Assembly (NCBI GenBank): GCA_964513235.1
Contig: CAZEMI010000295.1
Location: 2,390 to 66,389, forward strand
DNA: 64,000 nt
Direction of reading: 5' to 3'
From: an uncultured Acidobacterium sp.
GTDB lineage: Bacteria > Acidobacteriota > Vicinamibacteria > Vicinamibacterales > UBA2999
In this document: positions 31,082 through 40,471 of the stretch, in pieces
Layout: every line of letters starts with the position of its first letter
How positions within the stretch are numbered: position 1 is the first letter of the stretch
Notes under the pieces: generated by a model
The model's database searches: none
Told to the model about the DNA's origin: nothing
Seen by the model: only the letters and a program-made list of their open reading frames with translations
Position numbers and translations under genes: made by a program

Positions 31082-34000
31082 ATGCTGTCTCGCGTCGCTC
31101 GCTTTCTGCCTGTCCTTTTAGTCGTAGTGCTGCCCGGGATGGCGGCGGCGCAGGATACGACACCGCCTGACTCGTTCATCGACAGCGGGCCGCCCGCAGG
31201 CGGAACGATCACCGTGGGATCGGCGGCGTTCACATTCCACGCCACCGACGTCGACAACAGCGGCACGCCCACGACCGGCCTGGCGTGTTCCTACCGGCTC
31301 GCCCCCATTGAAACGTCCTACCGAACACCCGTGGCGTGCACGAGCACACCCGACAGCGGCGTCGCGCTTTACAATTCCCTCGAGAACGGGTCGTACACGT
31401 TCTTCGTGCGCGCGCACGATGCGGCGGGCAATGTTGACGTGTCACCGGCCACGCGTGCATTCACGGTGGATCGGGGCCCCGACCCGCTCCTCGAGAACCA
31501 GTGGCACCTGAAGTCGCGCACGATTGAGCTTGCGGGCTCGAATGTCCGCACCGTCTGGCCGAATTACATGGGCACCGGGGTGGCCGTTGGCGTCGTCGAT
31601 GACGGGCTTCAGCACACGCACCCCGACTTGCAGGCAAACTACTCGAGCGCGCTGTCGTGGGACTTCAACTTCAGCGATCCCGACCCGTCGCCTTTGAGCG
31701 GCAGCGCGCACGGCACGGCGGTGGCCGGCGTGGCCGCCGCGCGTACGGGCAACGCCATCGGCGTCAGCGGCGCGGCGCCGCGTGCCACGCTGGCCGGCAT
31801 GCGGCTGCTCGCCGCGGCCTTCTCGGACCTGACCGAAGCCGCCGCGTTCGGCCACCAGCCCGACGCCATCCACATTGTCAACAACTCGTGGGGCCCGACC
31901 GACGATGGCGCCACGCTCGAAGGGCCCGGATCGCTGGCGGCCGCGGCCATCGAGCAGGCGGTTCGCACGGGACGCGGAGGCCTTGGACGCATTTTCGTCT
32001 GGGCGGTTGGCAACGGCCGCAACGGCGTGGCCGAGGCGGACAACTGCAACTTCGACGGCTACGCCAACAGCCGCTTCGTGCTCTCGGTCGGCTCGGTCAA
32101 CGACCAGGCCACGCAGGCCGCGTACAGCGAATCGTGCTCGGCCCTTCTGGTGACCGCGCCCTCAAGCGACACCGACCCGGCGAGGCGTAAGATCACCACC
32201 ACCGATTTGGTGGGCGGCTTCGGCTCCGACGCCGGCGATTACACCAGCACATTCGGCGGCACCTCCGCGGCGGCGCCGCTGGTGAGCGGCACGGTGGCGT
32301 TGATGCTGGAACGGCGTCCCACGCTCTCGTGGCGCGACGTGAAGTACATCCTGCGCGAAACCAGCTCGCGCACCGCGATCGTCGACGGCTCCGCGAACTG
32401 GACCCCCGGCTCGCTCCCGCACAGCGAACGTTACGGCTTTGGTCTCATTGACGCCGAAGCGGCCGTGGCGAGGGCCGCCACGTGGACCAGTGTGCCGCCC
32501 GAAAGCGCGGTACCGGCGGCGACCGACATCGCCGGCATCGCGATTCCCGACAACAACACGCTGGGCTCGACGCGGACGATCGTCATCGGCAACGACTACG
32601 CCGGCTTCGTCGTCGAGCACGTGGAGATCCAGTTCAGCGCCACGCATCCGCGCCGCGGCGATTTGCAGGTGACGCTCGAGTCGCCCTCGGCCGTGACCAG
32701 CACGCTCGCGACGCTTCGTCCTTCAGACACGCAGGCGAACTTCTCCTCGTGGCGCTTCCGCTCGGTGCGCCACTGGGGCGAGCCGGCCAACGGCACGTGG
32801 CGCCTCACCGTCGCCGACCGCCGTATCGGGATGGTCGGGACGCTCAACCAGTGGACGCTGCGCATCTTCGGGACCTATCGCGGATACGTCCGTGGCCGCG
32901 TCACGGCTGGGGGCGCGCCGCAGCCCGGCGTCACGGTTCTGGTCTACGACAACCTGGGCGCGCTGGCTCGCAGCGCTTCGACCGACAGCGCCGGTGATTA
33001 CACGGTCGACGGGCTCGTGTCGGGCAACTACCGCGTGCACGTTGAGGCGCCCGCCGCCTACCTCCATCAGGCCTACAACGGCGTCACCTGCGTGGCGGCG
33101 TGCGCGGCGACCACGGGTCAGCTCGTCGCGGTCACCGAAGGCGAGGAAACCACCGGCATCAACTTCGCGCTGACACCGCGCGCGGCCATCTCGGGTGTGG
33201 CGCCGGCGACGGGATCGATCCTGGGCGGAACGCTGGTCGCGATTTCAGGCGTCGGGTTTACCACGCCGGCGACGGTCACCGTCGGCGGCACGGCGGCTAC
33301 CAGCGTCACGCTGGTAAGCAGCACGAGCATGACTGCCGTGACACCGGCCGGCGCGGCCGGCGCGGCAGACGTCACGGTGACCTTTGTGGACCAACAGACG
33401 GCGACGCTCGCGCAGGCGTTCACCTACGTGACGCCGCCGCCCCTCGTCCTCACGAGTGTCGTGCTCAGCCCGGTCAGTCCCGTGCAGGCGGGGACCACGG
33501 TGACGGTGGTTGCCGGGTCGACGGGCGGGACATCGCCGCAGTTTCAGTTCTGGCGCTACAACGTCGGCACGCTCCTGTGGTCGCTCGTGCGCGACTTCGG
33601 CGCGAGCGCCACCTACACCTGGCCGGCGGCGGAAGTTCAGGAAGGCACGTATGTCTTCCTCGTGTATGCACGAAGCGCCGGTTCGGCGTCGCCGTTCGAC
33701 AGCTCGTTCCAGACCGGCCATTTCATCGTGACCGCGCCGGTGCCGCCGGTGCGCTTGACGAAGGTCTCGATCACTCCGCGCTCCGTCATTCAACACGGCA
33801 CGACCATGGTCATGACGGCCACGGCGACCGGCGGGGCCGGCGTGATCGAATACGAGTTCAGGCGTGTGAACGCGGGCGCCGGCGACTGGACCGTGGTCAA
33901 GCCTTACAGCGTTCCGGGCGCCACGTTGACGTGGACGCCGGGTCTGCCCGAGGTGGGCGGCTACGTGTTCGAGGTGCGCGCGCGCAGCGAGGGCTCGACC

Positions 34001-37000
34001 TCGCCCCTGGAGGACGCTTACGGCAGCATTCTCGTCGTGGTGACCGCGAATGCGCCGGCCGTCTTGACCGGCGTCAGCACGACACCGTCATCGCCGGCCG
34101 CCGCCGGCACGTCCGTCACCTGGCGCGCGCATGCGAGCAGCGGCGTGGCGCCGCTCGAGTACCAATTCTGGCGCCACCACGAAGAGTCGCAGACCTGGTC
34201 GCTGGCGCAGAATTTCTCCACCGCCGCGACCTACACGTGGGCCACCACCGCGTCCGATGCCGGCACCTACGTCGTCCAGGCGCGCGTGCGCAGCACGGGA
34301 TCGATTGCGGCGTACGAGAGCCTCTATCAAACCGGACGATTCAACCTCAGCAACGGCCCGTCTCCCGCCGTGATCACGTCGATGATTCCCAGACCGAGCG
34401 CTCCGGTGTCCCCCGGCACGGCGGTGACGTTGACGGCGCGCGCGACGGGTGGAGCCGCCCCGCTCGAATACCAGTTCTGGCACTACGACGCCACGGTCGA
34501 GAGCTGGGTGGTGTTGCGGGACTTCAGCATCAGCAACACGCACACCTGGACGGCGACGGCCGGCGTGCACCTGTTTCACATTCGCGTCCGCAGCACCGGA
34601 TCCACAAGCGTCGACAGTTCATGGACGAGCCCGTCGTGGTTCACGGTTGCCAGCGGCAGTCCGCCGCGCCTCACCGGCGTGACCGGGCCGGGCTCAACAG
34701 TCGCCGCGCCGGCGATGGCGACGTGGACGGCGCAGGCGACCGGCGGCGGTGACAACGAGTATCAGTTCTATCGCTACCATGAGCAGACCGGGCTGTGGGC
34801 GATGGTGCGGGAGTATGACGCCAGCGCGTCATACTCCTGGTCCACCGCGGCGACCGACGCCGGCACGTATCTCATCCAGGCGCGCGCCAGGCGTGCGGGA
34901 TCGGCTCTGCCATTCGAGAGCGTCTTCCAGACCGGCTGGTACGCCATCAGCGACGGTGCCGCCGCACAGCTCACGTCGCTGACTCCCAGCACGGGCGCAT
35001 CCGTTCAGCCCGGCAACACGGTGATCTGGACGGCCGTCTCGAGCGGCGCCGCCTCACCGGAGTATCAGTTCAGGCGCCTCGACGCGTCGACCGGCGAATC
35101 GGCCATCGTACAGGAGTTCGGTTCGAGCGCTCAGTACGCGTGGACGCCCGAAGTCACCGACATCGGGACCTACAAGTTCCAGGTCCGAGTACGCAAGGCC
35201 GGCGCCGCGACGTACGACCACTGGCTAGACAGCTCGTGGTTCGTCGTGTCAAACGGCGCCATTCCAGCAATTACCGGCGTGACCACGTCGAGTTCTCCGC
35301 TCACGGTCGGAGCCATGGCGACGTGGACGGCGCTGGCGGCAGGCGGCGTGGCCCCGCTCCAATTCCAGTTCTGGCGGCATCACCTGGAATCGAAGACGTG
35401 GTCGCTCGAGCAGGATTACTCGGCGTCGAATGTCTTCACGTGGGTGACCACGAGCAGCGACCCCGGCACGTATGTGATGCAGGTGCGGGCACGCAGCGTC
35501 GGCGCCGCGGCGCCGTTCGAGAGCCTGTTCGACGCCGCGGCGGTCGTCGTCCAGCCGCTTCCGCCCGAGACCACGATCGAGTCGGCGCCCGCCGCCACGA
35601 CCCTCGACACGAGCGCCACCTTCACGTTCGCCGCCAGTGAGGCCGGCTCGACGTTCGAATGTTCGCTCGATGCGGCCGCGTTCAGCGGGTGCGTGTCGGG
35701 CGTCACCTACACGGGGCTGAGCGTGAGCGCGCACAGCTTCAGCGTGCGCGCCATCGGCGCCGCCGGCAGCATCGACCTGACGCCGGCCACCCACGCCTGG
35801 ACGATCGTTCCGCCGGACATCACTCCGCCGGACACAACCATCGACTCCTCGCCGTCCACCTCCACGTCGACGTCGGCGACGTTCACGTTCTCGGCGAGCG
35901 AAGGCGGCTCGACGTTCCAATGTTCGCTCGACACCGCCCCCTATGCCGCCTGCACGTCCCCCAGGACGTACACGGGGCTCAGCGCCACCGCGCATACCTT
36001 TGCCGTGAAGGCGACCGACCTGTCGGGCAACACCGACCTCACGCCTGCAACTCACGCGTGGACGGTGCTGCCGCCGGACATCATCCCGCCGCAGACAACG
36101 ATCTCGTCCTCGCCGCCGGCGACGACCATCTCGACGAGCGCGACGTTCGAGTTCACTGCCGACGAGGCCGGGTCGACGTTCGAATGCAAACTCGATAGCG
36201 GATCGTACAGCGCGTGCACCTCGCCGCGGACCTACACCACCCTCGCCGACGGCGCGCATACGTTCGAGGTGCGTGCCACCGACGGCGCCGGCAACATCGA
36301 CCTGACGCCCGCGACGCACAACTGGACGATCGTGGCGCCGGACTGCGGCTCGCCCGTCACCTTGATCGCCACCGGCGACAGCTGGCTCGAGCAGAGCAGC
36401 CCGACGAGCAACAAGGGCACTGACTCGCCGCTGAAAGTGAAATCGCAGAGCGGGAACGGCAACATGCGCGCGCTGGTCCGGTTCGCGATGCCGGCGATGA
36501 CGCCGGGATGCCTCGTGCAGTCCGCCACGCTGAGCTTGTTTGCGGCGTCAGCCACGACCGGCCGCACGCTGAACGCCGTGCGGATAACGGGGTCGTGGAC
36601 CGAATCCGTCGTGACCTGGAGCAACCAGCCCGCGACCGCCGGCACGGAGGCGGCGGCGGCCGCGGCCGCGGCATCCGGCAACGTGGAGTGGACGGTCACC
36701 TCACAGGTGCAGGCGATGTACGACGCAGCGATCCTGAACGGCTTCCTGGTCCGCGACGCCACCGAGAACGGCCCGGGCAGCGAACAGGAGTTCCGCAGCC
36801 GGGAGGATGGCCAGACGCCGCCCACCCTCGAGGTGTCGTTTGTCGCCTCGAGCACGCGGTCGTCCGGAGGCCCCGCGGCGCCGCCGCCTCCCGCGCCGGC
36901 GCCGCTCGACGCCTGCGCGGCGCCGATGACGCTATCGGCGTCCGCTGATGCGTGGCTCGATCAGAACAGCTCGTCGACCAACAAGGGCACCGATACGATT

Positions 37001-37435
37001 CTGAAGGTCCAATCCAAGCGGCCGCGCGACAACTTCCGCGCGCTGTTGCTGTTCCCGTTGCTTCCCGGCATACCGGCAGGCTGCGTCGTGGAGTCGGCAG
37101 TGCTCAGGCTGTATGCCGCGTCCGGCAAGAGCGGCCGCTCCCTGGAGGTGCTGCGCGTGACGTCGCCGTGGTCCGAGGACCTCGTCACGTGGAAGAGCCA
37201 GCCGCGCATCGATCACCTGCCTGCCGCATCAACGGCGTCCGACCTCGGCTGGCTGGAATGGACCGTCACGCCGCACGTGCAGCTGATGGTCGCCGGCGCA
37301 TCCAATCACGGCTGGATGGTGCGTGACGCGAGGGAGAATGGCGATGCCGAGCAGCAGTTCCACGCCCGCGACAAGGGCGAGCATCCGCCCGAGCTGGTGC
37401 TGACCCTGGCGCCGGCGCCGGGCACGCAGCGGTAG
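31082..37435 (+). CDS. Secreted multidomain kexin/furin-like S8 serine protease (2,117 aa)
   Basis: Domain order, read from the translation:
- Signal peptide (FLPVLLVVVLPGMAAAQ).
- One Ig-like repeat.
- S8B catalytic domain: VGVVDDGL (Asp), HGTAVAG (His), NSWGPTDDG, GGTSAAAPLVSG (Ser).
- P/homo-B domain: ..HPRRGDLQVTLESPS..GTWRLTVAD..GTLNQWTLRIFG.
- CarboxypepD_reg-like domain.
- IPT/TIG domain.
- Seven ~100-aa repeats.
- Three Ig-like repeats.
- Two DNRLRE-like modules. Confidence 0.9.
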   Translation: MLSRVARFLPVLLVVVLPGMAAAQDTTPPDSFIDSGPPAGGTITVGSAAFTFHATDVDNSGTPTTGLACSYRLAPIETSYRTPVACTSTPDSGVALYNSLENGSYTFFVRAHDAAGNVDVSPATRAFTVDRGPDPLLENQWHLKSRTIELAGSNVRTVWPNYMGTGVAVGVVDDGLQHTHPDLQANYSSALSWDFNFSDPDPSPLSGSAHGTAVAGVAAARTGNAIGVSGAAPRATLAGMRLLAAAFSDLTEAAAFGHQPDAIHIVNNSWGPTDDGATLEGPGSLAAAAIEQAVRTGRGGLGRIFVWAVGNGRNGVAEADNCNFDGYANSRFVLSVGSVNDQATQAAYSESCSALLVTAPSSDTDPARRKITTTDLVGGFGSDAGDYTSTFGGTSAAAPLVSGTVALMLERRPTLSWRDVKYILRETSSRTAIVDGSANWTPGSLPHSERYGFGLIDAEAAVARAATWTSVPPESAVPAATDIAGIAIPDNNTLGSTRTIVIGNDYAGFVVEHVEIQFSATHPRRGDLQVTLESPSAVTSTLATLRPSDTQANFSSWRFRSVRHWGEPANGTWRLTVADRRIGMVGTLNQWTLRIFGTYRGYVRGRVTAGGAPQPGVTVLVYDNLGALARSASTDSAGDYTVDGLVSGNYRVHVEAPAAYLHQAYNGVTCVAACAATTGQLVAVTEGEETTGINFALTPRAAISGVAPATGSILGGTLVAISGVGFTTPATVTVGGTAATSVTLVSSTSMTAVTPAGAAGAADVTVTFVDQQTATLAQAFTYVTPPPLVLTSVVLSPVSPVQAGTTVTVVAGSTGGTSPQFQFWRYNVGTLLWSLVRDFGASATYTWPAAEVQEGTYVFLVYARSAGSASPFDSSFQTGHFIVTAPVPPVRLTKVSITPRSVIQHGTTMVMTATATGGAGVIEYEFRRVNAGAGDWTVVKPYSVPGATLTWTPGLPEVGGYVFEVRARSEGSTSPLEDAYGSILVVVTANAPAVLTGVSTTPSSPAAAGTSVTWRAHASSGVAPLEYQFWRHHEESQTWSLAQNFSTAATYTWATTASDAGTYVVQARVRSTGSIAAYESLYQTGRFNLSNGPSPAVITSMIPRPSAPVSPGTAVTLTARATGGAAPLEYQFWHYDATVESWVVLRDFSISNTHTWTATAGVHLFHIRVRSTGSTSVDSSWTSPSWFTVASGSPPRLTGVTGPGSTVAAPAMATWTAQATGGGDNEYQFYRYHEQTGLWAMVREYDASASYSWSTAATDAGTYLIQARARRAGSALPFESVFQTGWYAISDGAAAQLTSLTPSTGASVQPGNTVIWTAVSSGAASPEYQFRRLDASTGESAIVQEFGSSAQYAWTPEVTDIGTYKFQVRVRKAGAATYDHWLDSSWFVVSNGAIPAITGVTTSSSPLTVGAMATWTALAAGGVAPLQFQFWRHHLESKTWSLEQDYSASNVFTWVTTSSDPGTYVMQVRARSVGAAAPFESLFDAAAVVVQPLPPETTIESAPAATTLDTSATFTFAASEAGSTFECSLDAAAFSGCVSGVTYTGLSVSAHSFSVRAIGAAGSIDLTPATHAWTIVPPDITPPDTTIDSSPSTSTSTSATFTFSASEGGSTFQCSLDTAPYAACTSPRTYTGLSATAHTFAVKATDLSGNTDLTPATHAWTVLPPDIIPPQTTISSSPPATTISTSATFEFTADEAGSTFECKLDSGSYSACTSPRTYTTLADGAHTFEVRATDGAGNIDLTPATHNWTIVAPDCGSPVTLIATGDSWLEQSSPTSNKGTDSPLKVKSQSGNGNMRALVRFAMPAMTPGCLVQSATLSLFAASATTGRTLNAVRITGSWTESVVTWSNQPATAGTEAAAAAAAASGNVEWTVTSQVQAMYDAAILNGFLVRDATENGPGSEQEFRSREDGQTPPTLEVSFVASSTRSSGGPAAPPPPAPAPLDACAAPMTLSASADAWLDQNSSSTNKGTDTILKVQSKRPRDNFRALLLFPLLPGIPAGCVVESAVLRLYAASGKSGRSLEVLRVTSPWSEDLVTWKSQPRIDHLPAASTASDLGWLEWTVTPHVQLMVAGASNHGWMVRDARENGDAEQQFHARDKGEHPPELVLTLAPAPGTQR
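33430..35550 (+). repeat. Seven ~100-aa Ig-fold repeats with an (E/Q)YQF(W/R)R...W.......Y.W......G.Y...(V/A)R.R core (Y_Y_Y-like)
   Basis: Counted in the translation. The family assignment is from memory and is tentative. Confidence 0.6.
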
Positions 37436-37489
37436 CGCTCCCGACCCACGCCCGGGAAAGGCCGATCTCAATCAACGAGTATTGGGCGG

Positions 37490-38830
37490 CTAGCGGTGAG
37501 TGACCGCGCGGGTGGGCGCCGTCGAGCGATGGACGGCGATCGCGGCAGCGACGGCGAAGAGCGCGGCGTTAGCGGGAATCTGCAAGCTGAAGTCGACGAG
37601 CTCCTGCAGACCGATGGCGGCGAGCGCCGCGATCGCGCCGATGCGCAGCCACGGCAGTTCCGCGTCCTGACGAAGGCGCGCGCGCACGGCACGAACGAAC
37701 AACGTGAAGACAATCAATACGGGAATGCCAACCAGGAGTCCGCCTTCCGCGGCCAGCTGCAGGTAATCGCTGTGGGCGGCGGAATAGTGATGTGTCAATG
37801 ACGGGTTGGCGTAGAGAATCGTCGCCGTGCCATAGCTGTTGACGCCGGTGCCGGTGGCGGCGAAATCGCGGATGATGCCGATGGCATCCCGCCATGCGGT
37901 GGCGCGCTCGCGCAGATCGACGCGCGCCGTTGAGGTGAATCGGCCGTTGATTGCGTCCAGACCCACCCACCCAACGGCGCCGGCCGGCAGCGCAAGGAGG
38001 AATGCCACGATCACCGCGCGCCGCCACCCCCGCTCGCCGGCCACGAAGCAGATCGCGATCAGTGCCAGGGCGGCGGCAAGCGACGCCATCGCCGATCGCG
38101 ACATCGTCATCACCAGCGCCAGAGCCATCACCGCCAGGCCGAACGCGCAGAGTACGATGCGCGCGGCCGGCGGCGAGGCGCACCACAGCAGGCGCCGGCG
38201 CCAGCCGCGGAGGGCGACCAGCCGCGTCGCGGCCAAACGCTCGCAGAGCCGCCCGAGGCCGAGCGGAATCGCCATCAGCATCCAGCCGCCAAAATGGTTG
38301 CGGTTGACAAAGGGCCCGAACGGCTCGCTGACGCCTTGGGGCTGCCAGAAGCCATAAATGCGCCCATCGCTGCCGCGCTCTTGCGCGATACCGATGAGCG
38401 CAATGCCCACGCTCAGCACGAACACTGCATCAGCCAGCCGGCGCGCGTCACGCGGCGTCAGCACTGCCGAGAGCCCGATGAAGAGCAGCGTGAACGACGA
38501 AAAGAAGAGGAGACCCCTGGAGGTTGCGGCGGGATCGATCGACAGCGCATGGGCCGGCGGGGGCCGCGCAACGGCCGCTGCCAGCGTGTATCCGAGATCG
38601 AGTTCGGTCAGGAAACGGCCGGCCGCGGGCGAGATGGTGTCGAGGACGGGGGCCGGAAGCGGAAGGAGCTGAGCGAGGATTGAGACGAGAACGCAGGCAA
38701 GCGCTGCGCTCAGAGAGACGGGCAGGGTCTGGGCACGAATTCCGCGCCAGATACTCGCAGCGCCCACAACGACTGCGGCGGCGACCAGTGGCGCCCAAGC
38801 CCATGGATACACCGCCCCGAAGGCCAGCAC
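37490..38830 (-). CDS. O-antigen ligase / Wzy_C family membrane protein
   Basis: 446 aa, polytopic. It has ..RNHFGGWMLMAIPLG.. and ..HSDYLQLAAEGGLLVG.. motifs typical of O-antigen ligase-like proteins. Confidence 0.75.
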   Translation of the reverse strand: MLAFGAVYPWAWAPLVAAAVVVGAASIWRGIRAQTLPVSLSAALACVLVSILAQLLPLPAPVLDTISPAAGRFLTELDLGYTLAAAVARPPPAHALSIDPAATSRGLLFFSSFTLLFIGLSAVLTPRDARRLADAVFVLSVGIALIGIAQERGSDGRIYGFWQPQGVSEPFGPFVNRNHFGGWMLMAIPLGLGRLCERLAATRLVALRGWRRRLLWCASPPAARIVLCAFGLAVMALALVMTMSRSAMASLAAALALIAICFVAGERGWRRAVIVAFLLALPAGAVGWVGLDAINGRFTSTARVDLRERATAWRDAIGIIRDFAATGTGVNSYGTATILYANPSLTHHYSAAHSDYLQLAAEGGLLVGIPVLIVFTLFVRAVRARLRQDAELPWLRIGAIAALAAIGLQELVDFSLQIPANAALFAVAAAIAVHRSTAPTRAVTHR

Positions 38831-38877
38831 GGCCCAGGCGAGGAGAGCGGCGGTCGCGACCGTGATCAGTGTGGGGC

Positions 38878-40458
38878 TTAATGCAAATGCGCGACGACGT
38901 TCCGCGACCGAACGCGGGATCCTGCATCGCGCGGCACGGCCCGCCGCGGCGTCCGGTCATCGCTGTTGGTCTGCGCCAGAGGACGAACCCCGTTCCAGCG
39001 TCGAAGCAGCACTTGCGTGAACGTGCGGTCGATCTCACCCGCCATACCCTCGCCGATCCAGCAGACCGCCGATACCGGGCACTCGGCCGCCTGGCGATGA
39101 TGCAGCGTCAGCGTGCCGGAGGGCAGCGGAAACACCATCCGCCATTGCGGCGTCGCCGGCTCGGCGTCGCTGCGAATCCATTCCCACGTGCCGCCACCCG
39201 TGGCCCACACGCGAACCGGCGGCCCGAGCGCGTGACAGACGTCGGTGTCGCGAAGCCGCACGATCGCTCTCGAGAAGGTCGAACGCTCGAGCACGAAACG
39301 GACAGCGTCGAACAGCTCCGCCGTGCTCGACGCGGCGTGGAGCCGCTCCCTGGCCTCGCGCATGGCGACTGCTGCCGCCACCAGCTCGCGTTGATGACGC
39401 AGCGGCCGCCACATCGCGACGGTCAGCGCGCTCAGTTCCGGAATACGCAGCTGCTGGATGCCGACCAGCGCGCACACGCCCAACATGGCGAACGCCAGGC
39501 CGACCGGCTTGCCAGTGGGGTTCATGAACAACAGCGACACCAGGCCAAGCAGGGCGGCAATCGCATACAACACCAGAACCGCGGAACGGTGCGACAGGCC
39601 GCGCTCGATTAGCGCGTGATGGATATGACGACGGTCGGCCGCGAAAATCGGCCGGCCGCTCAGCACGCGCCGCACGATCACCAGCATCGTGTCGACGATC
39701 GGCAACGCCAACGCGAAAACGGGCATGGCGATTGCGAATGCGGCGGCGCTCTTCTGGGAAGTATGAATCGAGACCACCGCAAGCGTGAACCCGAGCAGGT
39801 AGCTTCCCGAATCGCCCAGAAAGATCGACGCCGGATTGAAGTTGTAACGCAGGAATCCGGCGCTGGCCCCGGCGAGTACAGCGAGCAGCAACACCGCGTC
39901 GGGCTGTCCGGTCACGAGCGACGCAAACAAGAGCGACAACGTGGCGAAAATCGCCGTGCCCGTGGCGAGCCCGTCGAGTCCGTCGATCAGGTTGAAGGCG
40001 TTGGTGATCCCGACGATCCACAGGACGGTTACGGGCAGAGAGAACACTCCGAACTCAAAGCCGGCGCCGTCGTAACTCCAGGTGTCGATGATTCGGAATC
40101 CGAGGAGCCACGCCAGCGCGGCGATGGCGATCTGCGCTCCAAGCTTCGTCCGGGGCGACAGGCCCCACAGGTCGTCCCACATGCCGACGGCGAGCATCAG
40201 TCCGGCCAGCGACAGAATCTGCAGTGTGGCGGCCTCCGGATTGGGCTGCCATTGCCCCGCGGCCAGCAACGTCGCAAGCGTCACGATCATTGCCAGGTAG
40301 ATCGCGAGCCCGCCGATACGAGGTGTCGGTACTGCGTGGCGCTTGCGGTGGTCGGGGACGTCGAGCCAGCCGCGCCGCCCGCAAAGAGCGCGGACACCGA
40401 CCGTGAGCGCCATCGACGCGCCGGCGGCAATCACGAACCCGATCAGATATTCAAACAT
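38878..40458 (-). CDS. Polyprenyl-phosphate sugar-1-phosphate transferase, MraY/WecA (glycosyltransferase family 4) type, with a long C-terminal cytoplasmic extension
   Basis: ..DHRKRHAVPTPRIGGLAIY.., ..NAFNLIDGLDGLATG.., multiple TM segments, then about 190 extra C-terminal residues. Confidence 0.85.
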   Translation of the reverse strand: MFEYLIGFVIAAGASMALTVGVRALCGRRGWLDVPDHRKRHAVPTPRIGGLAIYLAMIVTLATLLAAGQWQPNPEAATLQILSLAGLMLAVGMWDDLWGLSPRTKLGAQIAIAALAWLLGFRIIDTWSYDGAGFEFGVFSLPVTVLWIVGITNAFNLIDGLDGLATGTAIFATLSLLFASLVTGQPDAVLLLAVLAGASAGFLRYNFNPASIFLGDSGSYLLGFTLAVVSIHTSQKSAAAFAIAMPVFALALPIVDTMLVIVRRVLSGRPIFAADRRHIHHALIERGLSHRSAVLVLYAIAALLGLVSLLFMNPTGKPVGLAFAMLGVCALVGIQQLRIPELSALTVAMWRPLRHQRELVAAAVAMREARERLHAASSTAELFDAVRFVLERSTFSRAIVRLRDTDVCHALGPPVRVWATGGGTWEWIRSDAEPATPQWRMVFPLPSGTLTLHHRQAAECPVSAVCWIGEGMAGEIDRTFTQVLLRRWNGVRPLAQTNSDDRTPRRAVPRDAGSRVRSRNVVAHLH

Positions 40459-40471
40459 GGTGCGGAAAGCA

